Assembly: GCF_020745735.1 (NCBI RefSeq)
Contig: NC_083408.1
Location: forward strand, 10,788,484-10,852,483
DNA length: 64,000 nt
Origin: Hemiscyllium ocellatum
Taxonomy: Eukaryota
Direction of reading: 5' to 3'
The translations under genes and the position numbers were made by a program. The notes beneath the pieces were generated by a model. That model was not told the origin of the DNA. It worked only from the letters and a program-made list of their open reading frames with translations, and searched no databases. Every line of letters starts with the position of its first letter. Position 1 is the stretch's first letter. This document shows positions 63,652 to 64,000 of this stretch, one piece after another.

Positions 63652-63690
63652 TGGTGTGCATGTGTGTGTATGTGTGTGTGAGAGAGAGAA
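63617..63690. repeat. (TG)n/(GA)n microsatellite
   Basis: Seen directly. Confidence 0.9.
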
Positions 63691-64000
63691 AAAAGGGCAG
63701 TACAGCTAGTAGAAAGTTTAACCCTTTGTGATTCAGTGTGAATGCACATTCGTTTGTTGGTGATTGAATGCTCTTTGGAGCTTGAGATCCGGGACTGTTT
63801 TGAATCTGATTTATATTATGGAAATTTTATCATGATTTCTTTTAAGATAAAGGATTTTGCAAGATTATGAATTAAAATGTTCTTTTCAAAGGTCATGACT
63901 GCCTTACTATCAGTTTCTAACTAATCTCTTTTATCCTTGTATAAAAGCGATTTATGACGATCACTTGAAGTTTTAATTTGAATTGACAAATTCTTTAAGG

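Overview
Repeat-dense (mostly transposon-derived) vertebrate genomic DNA, very probably a cartilaginous fish. This is inferred from HE1-type V-SINEs, HER1/CR1-type LINEs and shark-type GPR139/GPR142-like exons. No intact cellular protein-coding gene is visible. The window holds many decayed CR1 LINEs, two clades of Penelope-like elements (PLEs: a near-complete Poseidon-type copy and Neptune-type fragments), a Gmr1-like Ty3/Gypsy element with integrase upstream of RT, further Gypsy LTRs, an env-less class I ERV with both LTRs, the 5' part of a gamma-like ERV, and a decayed env/fusion-protein-like region. It also has two paralogous first exons of a GPR139/142-like orphan GPCR, one with a 14-aa N-terminal repeat expansion. 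The most striking signal is a recurrent set of fold-back (palindromic) insertions built from two outward-facing PLE 3' ends. These carry minimal hammerhead ribozyme motifs, share a fixed short end and a ~35-bp tail on one arm only, and are flanked by ~11-13-bp target-site duplications. A Poseidon copy also ends at its predicted ribozyme cleavage site. All calls are by eye, and the boundaries of decayed elements are approximate.
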